Below, in pieces: positions 29,167-37,556 of a stretch of DNA of 64,000 nt (positions are counted from its first letter, which is position 1; every line of letters starts with the position of its first letter). Origin of the DNA: Candidatus Sumerlaeaceae bacterium. Lineage in GTDB: Bacteria; Sumerlaeota; Sumerlaeia; Sumerlaeales; Sumerlaeaceae. The DNA is taken from contig JBPCLP010000035.1 of assembly GCA_051003195.1 (NCBI GenBank), forward strand, positions 1 to 64,000. Direction: 5' to 3'. The position numbers and the translations under genes are program-made. A model generated the notes under the pieces. The model was not told the DNA's origin and searched no databases. It saw only the letters and a list, made by a program, of their open reading frames with translations.

Positions 29167-30066
29167 TTGAGAAACACCCTACTCGACGCTGCAAAACTCG
29201 GCTATGTGCTGGCCGATGGTGCAATGGGCACTGAGCTGCTAAGGCGCGGGCTGCCGATAGGCGCTTGCACCGCCGCATGGAACGTCGAAAAACCGGACGA
29301 GGTTGCGGCCGTTCATCAAGGCTATGTGGATGCTGGCAGCGATTGCCTCGTCGTGAACACCTTTTCAGCGAACCGACTCAGGTTGCGGGAGTTCTCGCTG
29401 GAAGCTCGTTCGACTGAACTCAATCAAAGAGCAGTAGAAATTGCGCGCGGGGCTGCGGGAGATGGCCGCTGGTTGCTGGGAAGCATTGGGCCATGTTCAG
29501 GCTTCCGTGAGCCACGCGGTAGTATTTCAAGCGAGGCAAGCCTGGAAGCATATACCGAACAAATTTCCGCGCTGGCTAACGCAGGCGTCGATGGCCTGTT
29601 GATTGAAACGATCACAGACACCGCTGAAATGCGTGCTGCCGTTGAAGCCGCGCACTCCATCACGCAAACTCTGCCCGTGCTCGTGAGCTTCTGCTTCCAG
29701 CGACGACCCGAGACACTTGATTATCGGCTTATACGCTCAGGCGAGTCGCTTCAGGAAGTTTGTGCATTGCTTAGCGAGATCCGGGTCGACTGCGCCGGCG
29801 CGAACTGCGGCGCGGAGGTTCACATGGAAGACTACGCGGCAATCACTGCGGTATTGCGTGGTGCTTTTGAAGGGCCGCTTATCATGCGTCCCAACGGCGG
29901 CCAGCTGTTCGCATGCGGGCAGGAAGTGAAATGCGCAGAGCCGCCGGAGATCATGGCGGATGGAGTGTGGGGTCTCGTTCGTGCAGGCGCATCAATCATT
30001 GGGGGCTGTTGCGGCACTACGCGCGATCACATCCGATTGTTCCGCCAGGAACTGGACAAGCTGTAA
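29167..30066 (+). CDS. Homocysteine S-methyltransferase family protein (stand-alone MetH N-terminal-type domain)
   Basis: LADGAMGTEL, GANCG, IIGGCCGT Zn ligands. Confidence 0.88.
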   Translation: MRNTLLDAAKLGYVLADGAMGTELLRRGLPIGACTAAWNVEKPDEVAAVHQGYVDAGSDCLVVNTFSANRLRLREFSLEARSTELNQRAVEIARGAAGDGRWLLGSIGPCSGFREPRGSISSEASLEAYTEQISALANAGVDGLLIETITDTAEMRAAVEAAHSITQTLPVLVSFCFQRRPETLDYRLIRSGESLQEVCALLSEIRVDCAGANCGAEVHMEDYAAITAVLRGAFEGPLIMRPNGGQLFACGQEVKCAEPPEIMADGVWGLVRAGASIIGGCCGTTRDHIRLFRQELDKL

Positions 30067-30147
30067 CGCAGGCCGGTTTACCGGCTTTATCTGGCGGCTT
30101 CGTTTTGGCTATTGCGCATGCTGACCGCATGATGACATTGGCTGGCC

Positions 30148-31866
30148 ATGGCTGACGAACCCGACGAGGACGATCCGGACCAGGCAGCGATCGCCGAGCT
30201 CCCTGCGCTCGAAGAAGACGGGCACGCCCCGTCCTCACAGCTTCCTGCTGTTCTGCATGAATACCAGCTCATGCACGTGGCCGGACGCGGCGGAATGGGG
30301 GAAGTATGGCAGGCGCGGCATCTTTTCACACGAAAACCTTACGCTATTAAGGTGCTTCGGCCGGAACTTGTCGGGGACGAAATCGCACGCGCACGGTTTA
30401 TACAGGAAGCGCGCGTTATGGAGGCGCTTGTTCACCCGAACATTCTGCGGGTCTTCCATGTGGGCGAACAGGAGGGCCATCTGTACTTTGTGATGGAATG
30501 GGTGGAGGGTGGTACGGTCGCCGACCTGCTGAGCGAGCGCGGAACATTCACTCTCTTCCAGGCGCGTGACGTATTGTGGCAGATGATCGACGGGCTTTCG
30601 CACGCCTATGACCGCGGCCTGGTGCACCGCGACGTGAAGCCTGGAAACGTGATGATGAAAAGAGGCCGGGACGCAAAGATCACGGACTTCGGCATCGCCA
30701 AGTTTCTGGGCGCGGACGAGCACCACACCGGGTCAGGTGTGCGGCTGGGCAGCCCCTGGTACATGAGCCCTGAGCAGATTCGCGGCGGCGACGTCGACCA
30801 TCGCACTGATATCTACTCGCTGGGCATAACGCTGTACCAGTTGCTGACAGGAGACGTTCCGTTCGACGGCGAACTGATCAGCGTGTTGTATCGTCATGTG
30901 CATGATCCCGTCCCGATCACGTTTGAGCTGGAGCATCTGGGTAATGGCGCGGTTCTTCCGATCATACGAAAAATGACCGCGAAGGATCCCGATGATCGAT
31001 ATCAAAGCTACGACGATCTTCAGTTCGCTGTCACTCGCCTGGGCGACGTTGTTGAAGGAACTGGCCGGCTGACTCCGCCCGCCGGGCTCAGGATATTTTC
31101 GACAAGCACGAATGCTGCGCGTCCCAATACGCCTCTGGCCGAACGACTGGATACATTTCACGAATTGGGAACAGTGCCGATCGACGAAAAGGGCGGATTA
31201 TCTCTCTCGGGCCTGTCGACAATTAAACTCGGACGCAATGCGTCGACAATGGATGTTGCCGCTTTGGACCCGATTCACCCCAGCGCAAAATCACAGCAGA
31301 TTCCTTTCATGGGAACTCTGGGCCGCGTTAAAGAAGAAGCCGTGGACACGGTTGCTGAGGTCGTCAGCGGGGGTAAAAGCTCGCTTGCGATTGCGCTTAT
31401 CCTGGTCTTCATTGTGGCTCTGCTGGCAGGAGGAGCGGCTCTGTTGCAGATGTTCCTGCCGGGCCTTGGCAAACGCGCACGGACGTCGCAGGCCACGGCG
31501 GGGGAGACTCAGTCAGCAGGCCCCACGAAACCGTCGCCTGTCGCACAAGTTTCCGCGGCAACTCCGCAGGCGCCGATGCAGCCGTTATCGGCATCGACAG
31601 ACCCGGTGACGTTGCAATCTCAGGCGCAGCGCGGGTACGTTTCCATCCAGGAACTCGGCTCTCGATTGATTGGGCAGGAACCTGTTGAAATTCTACGGGT
31701 ACTCGGTACTCCCGAGTTTACCGACGAGACCAAGCTCGGCGGAGGCTTATACTACAGCGCCTCTCAATGGGGAACGCTTATATATGATGCGAGTACCAGC
31801 CGGACCATTGGACGCGTAAAGGTACTTTTCTTTAACGGACGCTGCAAGGAAGTGCATGGGAGCTAG
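30148..31866 (+). CDS. Membrane-anchored Hanks-type Ser/Thr protein kinase
   Basis: GRGGMGEV, AIK, HRDVKPGN, TDFG, YMSPEQ; one TM segment. Confidence 0.93.
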   Translation: MADEPDEDDPDQAAIAELPALEEDGHAPSSQLPAVLHEYQLMHVAGRGGMGEVWQARHLFTRKPYAIKVLRPELVGDEIARARFIQEARVMEALVHPNILRVFHVGEQEGHLYFVMEWVEGGTVADLLSERGTFTLFQARDVLWQMIDGLSHAYDRGLVHRDVKPGNVMMKRGRDAKITDFGIAKFLGADEHHTGSGVRLGSPWYMSPEQIRGGDVDHRTDIYSLGITLYQLLTGDVPFDGELISVLYRHVHDPVPITFELEHLGNGAVLPIIRKMTAKDPDDRYQSYDDLQFAVTRLGDVVEGTGRLTPPAGLRIFSTSTNAARPNTPLAERLDTFHELGTVPIDEKGGLSLSGLSTIKLGRNASTMDVAALDPIHPSAKSQQIPFMGTLGRVKEEAVDTVAEVVSGGKSSLAIALILVFIVALLAGGAALLQMFLPGLGKRARTSQATAGETQSAGPTKPSPVAQVSAATPQAPMQPLSASTDPVTLQSQAQRGYVSIQELGSRLIGQEPVEILRVLGTPEFTDETKLGGGLYYSASQWGTLIYDASTSRTIGRVKVLFFNGRCKEVHGS

Positions 31867-31929
31867 TGTGCCCGCATTCAACATACCAGCGGCATACAGG
31901 AAACGTTTGCGAGATGTCCAAGTGCTACG

Positions 31930-32652
31930 ATGCGGGCATTACTTCTGCAATATACTGTCTCCGCACCACAATTAGTAGCCAGCCAAGTAAGGGCAGACAT
32001 GGCTAACACGGCAAGACGCGCAGAAATCTGCAAGACTCACGGGCTTAAAGACGAGGCGGAGGCGTATCGGCTTGTAGCTGACGGCGTAAAGACGGGTGTC
32101 CAGAAATTGCTGGGCAAGCGCCTTGCAGCGCCCGTATTGCGCGAACTCGGTTACAGCCTTGAGGGGATGCGGAAACTGGGCTATAATCATGAGTCGCTTG
32201 CCGCGCTGGGTTATCTAGACAGTGCGCAGGAACTGGCAATGACAGAACCCTCTGATTCTGAAAAGCTGCGGCAGTTGCTTAAGGAAGGATGGCGTGCAGA
32301 CCGGTTCCGCCAGCATGGCCACACATTGCACCACCTCAAGCGCGCCGGTTGTATGATCGTCGACCTTCAGAGTGCTGGTTTTCAGCTCGATGATCTGGTG
32401 TCTGTCTATTCAGCCGCCGAGCTTAAACGATCCGGCTTCAGTATTCGGGAACTGAAGCGCTACTTCCGCGGACCGGAATTAAAGAACGCTGGGTTTGATG
32501 CAACCGATATGCGGAATGCCGGTTACGGCATACGTGAGCTGATGAACTTCGGATTCAACGAGAACCAGGTCAGGATCGCCGGCTTCAGCATCAACGAACT
32601 GGCGCGCGAGGGATTAAGCCGCCAGACCGTGGATAGAACGCGCCGGAGCTAA
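31930..32652 (+). CDS. Hypothetical protein with decapeptide repeats
   Basis: About 15 units of L(K/R)xAG(F/Y)SxxE. Confidence 0.7.
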   Translation: MRALLLQYTVSAPQLVASQVRADMANTARRAEICKTHGLKDEAEAYRLVADGVKTGVQKLLGKRLAAPVLRELGYSLEGMRKLGYNHESLAALGYLDSAQELAMTEPSDSEKLRQLLKEGWRADRFRQHGHTLHHLKRAGCMIVDLQSAGFQLDDLVSVYSAAELKRSGFSIRELKRYFRGPELKNAGFDATDMRNAGYGIRELMNFGFNENQVRIAGFSINELAREGLSRQTVDRTRRS

Positions 32653-32762
32653 ACGCGTCTGGGACAGCTGTACTGTCTTTTTTGCTTCCCTTTGATTCTG
32701 CTGGGCAAAAAGGTGCTGTTAAACGGTTCTGCTGTACCAACTCATCTGTTACAAAGAGCTCT

Positions 32763-33164
32763 ATGCCAATGCGAAACTACCGAAGCGACGCTCAGTTCAC
32801 TACAGTTATACATGCGATGGTAAAGCACAAGGTGCAGGGCACGCTATGGGACCTGTTGTCGTGGCTTGATAATGGCGCGGAGTTGCAATCCATCCGCGAC
32901 ATGCTTGCGTACATTCGCCTCTTTTCGGACTTCGGTGATGCCAACCAGGGCAGGCTGTTTTTGAACCTGATCAAAGATAATCCAAACCTCAGGCTGGTGC
33001 TTCCGGACATTGCTTCTCGCTTTGTGTCTCGCGGTAAAACAACGTCTTCGACGTGGCTTGAGGAGCTGGGTGTGCTTATCCAGACATTGCATCGGGCAGG
33101 CGGAGGGCATCCCGGCGTGGAGGCAGTTCGGCGGAATGATGAAGCGTCCGATGGCGACATGTAG
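32763..33164 (+). CDS. Hypothetical protein
   Basis: Co-oriented ORF filling the gap; start uncertain. Confidence 0.5.
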   Translation: MPMRNYRSDAQFTTVIHAMVKHKVQGTLWDLLSWLDNGAELQSIRDMLAYIRLFSDFGDANQGRLFLNLIKDNPNLRLVLPDIASRFVSRGKTTSSTWLEELGVLIQTLHRAGGGHPGVEAVRRNDEASDGDM

Positions 33165-33207
33165 CAAACTGGCGCGAGCGTAAATGATTGCGGAGGTGAG
33201 GTAACGA

Positions 33208-34101
33208 ATGAATTGTATCGTACTGGCAGACGACGATCCTCTTGCGCGGCGGACGCAGACGGAGTTGCTTACTAAGTGGGGATTCGACGTCGCTGCGTTC
33301 GCTGAAGGCAACGAGGCGTGGATAACTCTGGAGCGACAAACGAGTCCGTGCATCGCTTTGCTGAATTTCCGGCTGCCGCAGCTGGATGGCCTGGAAATCT
33401 GCCGTCGTTTACGAGAGCGCGCCGTTAACGTTAAGCAGCATCTTATTTTGATGGGCAACGCTGCGACACGCGAAGATGTACTGCGAGCGGTCGAAACGGT
33501 TGCCGACGATTTTGTGATTAAACCGTGCCAACCGCAGGAGCTTCGAATCCGCCTGCGACTTGGTCGGCGGCTGCTTGAGTCGCGCGAGTCCGTAGACACG
33601 CAAGCGGCCAGGGACCTGCTGACTGGGGCGCTGAATCGCGATGCAATCATGCGGGAGCTGGGTAACGAGCTTGATCGCGGACGACGTCAGCAAACACCTG
33701 TTTCAATTCTCCTGGCTTCCATAGACAATTTTGACCGTGTACAAAGAACTTATGGACCAGTGGCAGCCAACTCGATGCTGAAGGAAGCCGTGGCTCGCCT
33801 GAGCGACGGTCTGCGGCCTTACGATTCTGTCGGATGCTACGGCGAAGGTCAGTACCTGCTGGTTATGCCGGGCTGCGATGTGGCACCGGCGGAAAAACAG
33901 GCGCTACGTCTGGTGAAGCAAGTTTCGGGTAAGCCATTTGAAGTCGCGAAGGCGCCCGTGTTTGGCACTTGCACCATCGGAGTAGCAGGGACGCCGGGTG
34001 GTACCGATGTCCCGGCTGCTGAATTGGTTGGACGGGCCAACAACGCGCTTGTGGCAGCTCGCACACTTGGGGGTAACCGGGTGCAACTTGCGGGTACGTA
34101 A
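33208..34101 (+). CDS. REC-GGDEF protein with both domains degenerate
   Basis: REC phospho-Asp position is Asn (IALLNF); GGDEF position reads YGEGQY; RPYD I-site intact. Confidence 0.85.
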   Translation: MNCIVLADDDPLARRTQTELLTKWGFDVAAFAEGNEAWITLERQTSPCIALLNFRLPQLDGLEICRRLRERAVNVKQHLILMGNAATREDVLRAVETVADDFVIKPCQPQELRIRLRLGRRLLESRESVDTQAARDLLTGALNRDAIMRELGNELDRGRRQQTPVSILLASIDNFDRVQRTYGPVAANSMLKEAVARLSDGLRPYDSVGCYGEGQYLLVMPGCDVAPAEKQALRLVKQVSGKPFEVAKAPVFGTCTIGVAGTPGGTDVPAAELVGRANNALVAARTLGGNRVQLAGT

Positions 34102-34105
34102 CACC

Positions 34106-35005
34106 ATGGTTCGCAACCGTGTTTGTTATGCAGCGCTTCTGATGTTCGTTTGCGGTGCGCTAAGTGCGCGCCCGGTAGTTGCCTTACTAACGGACTTCGG
34201 CGTCAACACGGAGGCGGTCGGCCTCTGTCATGGTGCAATTGCTTCGATAAACAGTGAAATTGAAGTGGTCGATCTGTGCCATACAGTCGAAGCTTACGAC
34301 ATTGGCCTGGCAGCCTTGATGCTGCATGGGACAACAGTTTTCCCCAAAGGTAGTGTGATTGTGTGCGTGGTAGATCCCGGAGTTGGCACAAGTCGCCAGC
34401 CATGCGCACTTCGGACAAAACGCGGCCTTACCTACGTCGGTCCTAACAATGGTGTTTTTAGCTATGTGGCGCGTGAGCAGGGTGTGGAGCAATTCGTTAC
34501 GCTCGTCCCCGAACGGGTGAATCCTAAATGGCAACCTGGCACTTTCGACGGCCGTGATCTTTTCAGCCCGGCTGGTGCTTTGCTCGCCACCGATGGGGAT
34601 CTTAAGCGTGTCGGCGATTTGGCCGACCCATCGCAGCTCGTTCTTTTGCCCGAGTCGGAACTGTCAGTAGATGGCTCACGCGGCAGTATTACAGGCGTTT
34701 ACCTGCGTACGGATGAGCCATACGGAAATCTTTGGACGAACATAACCTCCGACGCGCTGACGAGCGCCAGCATACGAGTCGGGGATCTATTGAAGTTTGA
34801 GTGCGATACAGTCCGGCTCGAGGTGCCGTTCGTTATTTCATTTGGCCATGTGAAGTCAGGGCAGGCCCTTGCCTACCTGAACAGCAGCGATACGCTGGCG
34901 TTCGCGATTAACATGGGTGATTTCCGCAAGGAATATGGGCTAAAGTCCGGAACCAAACTGACTGTGCGAAAAATGAATGTGCCTGCACCTTCACAAAAAC
35001 CGTGA
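34106..35005 (+). CDS. SAM hydrolase / SAM-dependent halogenase (DUF62) family protein with a signal-peptide-like N-terminus
   Basis: LLTDFG, VVDPGVGTSR, GPNNG, TFDGRD, YGNLWTNI. Confidence 0.88.
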   Translation: MVRNRVCYAALLMFVCGALSARPVVALLTDFGVNTEAVGLCHGAIASINSEIEVVDLCHTVEAYDIGLAALMLHGTTVFPKGSVIVCVVDPGVGTSRQPCALRTKRGLTYVGPNNGVFSYVAREQGVEQFVTLVPERVNPKWQPGTFDGRDLFSPAGALLATDGDLKRVGDLADPSQLVLLPESELSVDGSRGSITGVYLRTDEPYGNLWTNITSDALTSASIRVGDLLKFECDTVRLEVPFVISFGHVKSGQALAYLNSSDTLAFAINMGDFRKEYGLKSGTKLTVRKMNVPAPSQKP

Positions 35006-35031
35006 GCCCCGTCCGTCCATCCGGACGGGGC
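35006..35031. terminator. GC-rich hairpin between convergent genes
   Basis: GCCCCGTCCG-TCCATC-CGGACGGGGC. Confidence 0.55.
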
Positions 35032-35048
35032 CCCACGTTTATCCTCTA

Positions 35049-35140
35049 GTGTGCCGAATCAGAGGTTCCTATCCAGTTTGAGCGCGGAAGATGAGCTCAG
35101 TTCGGCACAGAACTGCTTACGAAGTAACGGTAGACCACAC
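35049..35140 (+). repeat. Divergent member of the MITE-like family (92 bp)
   Basis: CTA-GTGTGCCG..CAGAGGTTCCTA..GAGCTC..CGGCACA..ACGAAGTAACGG..ACCACAC is collinear with the 94-bp consensus. Confidence 0.7.
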
Positions 35141-35143
35141 TTG

Positions 35144-35608
35144 CTAGTAGCACCAGTAATTGTTCTGGCCGGTCCAACCATACCATCCTTGCAGATTGGA
35201 ATCATTCCGTCCCCAACCCGGGGAATATCCACCCTGGCTATTCGCCGACCATGCGCCAGAGTGCTGACGATAGCCCTGGACACGACCCCACTGCTGGTAC
35301 TGCGCCGAGCGCCCATAGTTTTGCTGTCTCTCCCAGGTAGAGTGTCCATAATGCTGTGAATGCCGGGCCTTGACGCCAGTTTCGTCAGCTTTGTCGTCAT
35401 CATCGTCGTCCTTTTCGCGCTTCGCGGACGCCTTGGATTTGCGATCATCCTTCTCGTCTTCATCCTCCGCCCGGACAATTTTCTTTCCTTTTTTAGCCGG
35501 AATTTCCGCCTTGTCGCCGGCTTCTGCTGCAATTGCTGTTACCGGTAGTGTAAGCATCGTCGCTGCAAGCGCAGCGAGAAGAGCCAGGTTCCATTCGCTC
35601 GTTTTCAT
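35144..35608 (-). CDS. Secreted low-complexity protein (acidic/Lys stretch, then Gly/Tyr/Trp/Gln-rich tail)
   Basis: Signal peptide ending VTAIAA; 154 aa. Confidence 0.6.
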   Translation of the reverse strand: MKTSEWNLALLAALAATMLTLPVTAIAAEAGDKAEIPAKKGKKIVRAEDEDEKDDRKSKASAKREKDDDDDDKADETGVKARHSQHYGHSTWERQQNYGRSAQYQQWGRVQGYRQHSGAWSANSQGGYSPGWGRNDSNLQGWYGWTGQNNYWCY

Positions 35609-35698
35609 GCTTTCGCCCTTCCTGAAATATTTTCTAAGCTTCAGGTGTCGTGAAGGGGGGTGGCGCAGAGCCGTGTCAATGGCGGAAATCGTCGTTAG

Positions 35699-36406
35699 CT
35701 ACCACGCCATTACGCGGTCGATCTCCTGCTTCCAGATTGCATAGCCGGCGTTTGTAATGTGCAGTCCGTCGCGTGTGAGTTCCTCGCGCAGCTCGCCCTT
35801 CGAATCACAGAAAAGTGGATGTAAATTAACGAATGGGTACTTGAACTCTTCTGCCAGTTTACGTAGCTGTTCATTGAGCTGGCGCACAGGCTCATTATGC
35901 CTCGCAAAGTTTCCGCGGGTAGGCAGCAGCGACTGAACATGGACGGTGATCAGCGGCGCCTTTTCATGAATTGTCTGTAAAATCCGGCGATAGCCGTCCG
36001 ACAGCTCCGTAATTGTACGGCTGTCGCCCAGATCGTTAATTCCTATCATCAGGAACACGTGGGATGTGCTGCAGTCGAAGACCGAGCAGTCCAGTCGTCG
36101 TAGCACGCCTCGCTTGTCCTTCTCTATAGGGGCAAGACCGATTGTGTCTGCCCCGATTCCGCGATTGAGAACACGCCGGAAAGGGAACCATTTCGATACA
36201 TTGAACCCTTCCGTGATGGAGTCACCCAGCAGCACGACAGTCTGCATGGCTGAATTCTCGGATCGAAAGAACTCCGTTCGCTGCACATAGTGGTGCTGAA
36301 ACATTTCAAACATCGGGTTCGGCTTGTCATCTGCCGCAACATTGTGTGTTGCTAATGCCAGGGCAATGATCAGTGCCAGCGGGCGGATGGTAATGAGGTA
36401 ACTCAC
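35699..36406 (-). CDS. SGNH/GDSL hydrolase
   Basis: LLGDSITEG, NRGIGAD, GINDL, DGLH. Confidence 0.9.
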   Translation of the reverse strand: MSYLITIRPLALIIALALATHNVAADDKPNPMFEMFQHHYVQRTEFFRSENSAMQTVVLLGDSITEGFNVSKWFPFRRVLNRGIGADTIGLAPIEKDKRGVLRRLDCSVFDCSTSHVFLMIGINDLGDSRTITELSDGYRRILQTIHEKAPLITVHVQSLLPTRGNFARHNEPVRQLNEQLRKLAEEFKYPFVNLHPLFCDSKGELREELTRDGLHITNAGYAIWKQEIDRVMAW

Positions 36407-36519
36407 GGCGGCTCCATCGATAGAGTTTTAACTTAAACATCAGGGAACCGCGGGACTGAAACTCGATCATGCAACAGGCATGCTGGCTGCCCAGTTGCAG
36501 ACGCGGCTTACCTCGGTCT

Positions 36520-37533
36520 TTAAGGCGTTTCTGGTGTCGGCGGCTGCGAAGCGCGTGGTGCCGCACTCTGCAGTCGCGCGCGGTATTCTTCCGGCAAAGT
36601 CTTAATCAGTCGCTTGTCAAAAACCTGGATGTTTGCTTTGCGCCGCAGCTCCTTTAAAAGTGCTTCGCGGTTTTCTGTAAATTTCTTTTCAACCAGCAGC
36701 GCTCGCGCGCCTTGTTTTCCTTCCACGTAAAAAATGCTGGCATAACCGCCGGTGACGATTGGCGCCGTCGCCTGCCCAGGCTGCAAATCACGCGTTGCCT
36801 GGGCAAGCTCAGCCGAAAGTTTGTCCGCCGACAGATAGCCCAGGTCTCCACCATCTTCTTTGGCGCCCGGCATTCGGCTGTATTTTCGAACTCCGTCTTC
36901 GAAACTCATGCCGCTCTCGAGAATTCTTGCCGCGAGATCACGCACTTCTGCGCTGGCTTTGTCTGCTCCACCTTTGCCGGACTTCACTGGTACTGCGAGT
37001 CTCCGCAGATGCACGCTCAGCGGCAACTCACCACGTGCAGCGCATTCGGCTTCGTACTGCCGGGCGGTCTGCTCGGTTACCGAAAACCGGGATTTAACAA
37101 GCTGGTACACCTGGTAGTCCGTTTTCGCTCGCTTAAGCAGTTGTTGCTTCAACTCTTCGAGGGAAAGCTGTTCCTCGGCCAACGCAGCACGGAATTGAGC
37201 CTCGGTACCAAACTTCGTTCGTATATCGGCAACCATGGTTTCCACGTGCTGTTGCATCTCCGACTCCGGAACCTGGATCTTCCGGAGCTTGGCTGCCTGC
37301 AACAGAAGGGTTCTGTCCAGCAAGGCCCCTACGTCAGCGGTGCTTACATGATCTAACACGTCACTAAAGCGCGGACTGAACTTTCCCGAACGTTCCGCGA
37401 CGATCCTGGCCAGGTCGCTTTCGGTTAACACGTCGGAATTAACCCGCGCCATGGTACGATCAATCGTGGTGCGCGTGTACGCGAGATTTCCACTAAGTAG
37501 ACAGAAAAGGAATAAGGCGAAAAATTTATGCAC
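36520..37533 (-). CDS. SurA-like periplasmic chaperone / parvulin PPIase
   Basis: IDRTMARVNSDVLTESDL, GGDLGY; signal peptide. Confidence 0.8.
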   Translation of the reverse strand: MHKFFALFLFCLLSGNLAYTRTTIDRTMARVNSDVLTESDLARIVAERSGKFSPRFSDVLDHVSTADVGALLDRTLLLQAAKLRKIQVPESEMQQHVETMVADIRTKFGTEAQFRAALAEEQLSLEELKQQLLKRAKTDYQVYQLVKSRFSVTEQTARQYEAECAARGELPLSVHLRRLAVPVKSGKGGADKASAEVRDLAARILESGMSFEDGVRKYSRMPGAKEDGGDLGYLSADKLSAELAQATRDLQPGQATAPIVTGGYASIFYVEGKQGARALLVEKKFTENREALLKELRRKANIQVFDKRLIKTLPEEYRARLQSAAPRASQPPTPETP

Positions 37534-37556
37534 GGCGAGGTTTACGCAGGTTCAGG

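Noticed and set aside
31863..31895. CTAGTGTGCC..GGCATAC after the kinase stop as another repeat copy
   Set aside because: Only the first 10 or so nt match and the rest does not align; at most a small hairpin or remnant.
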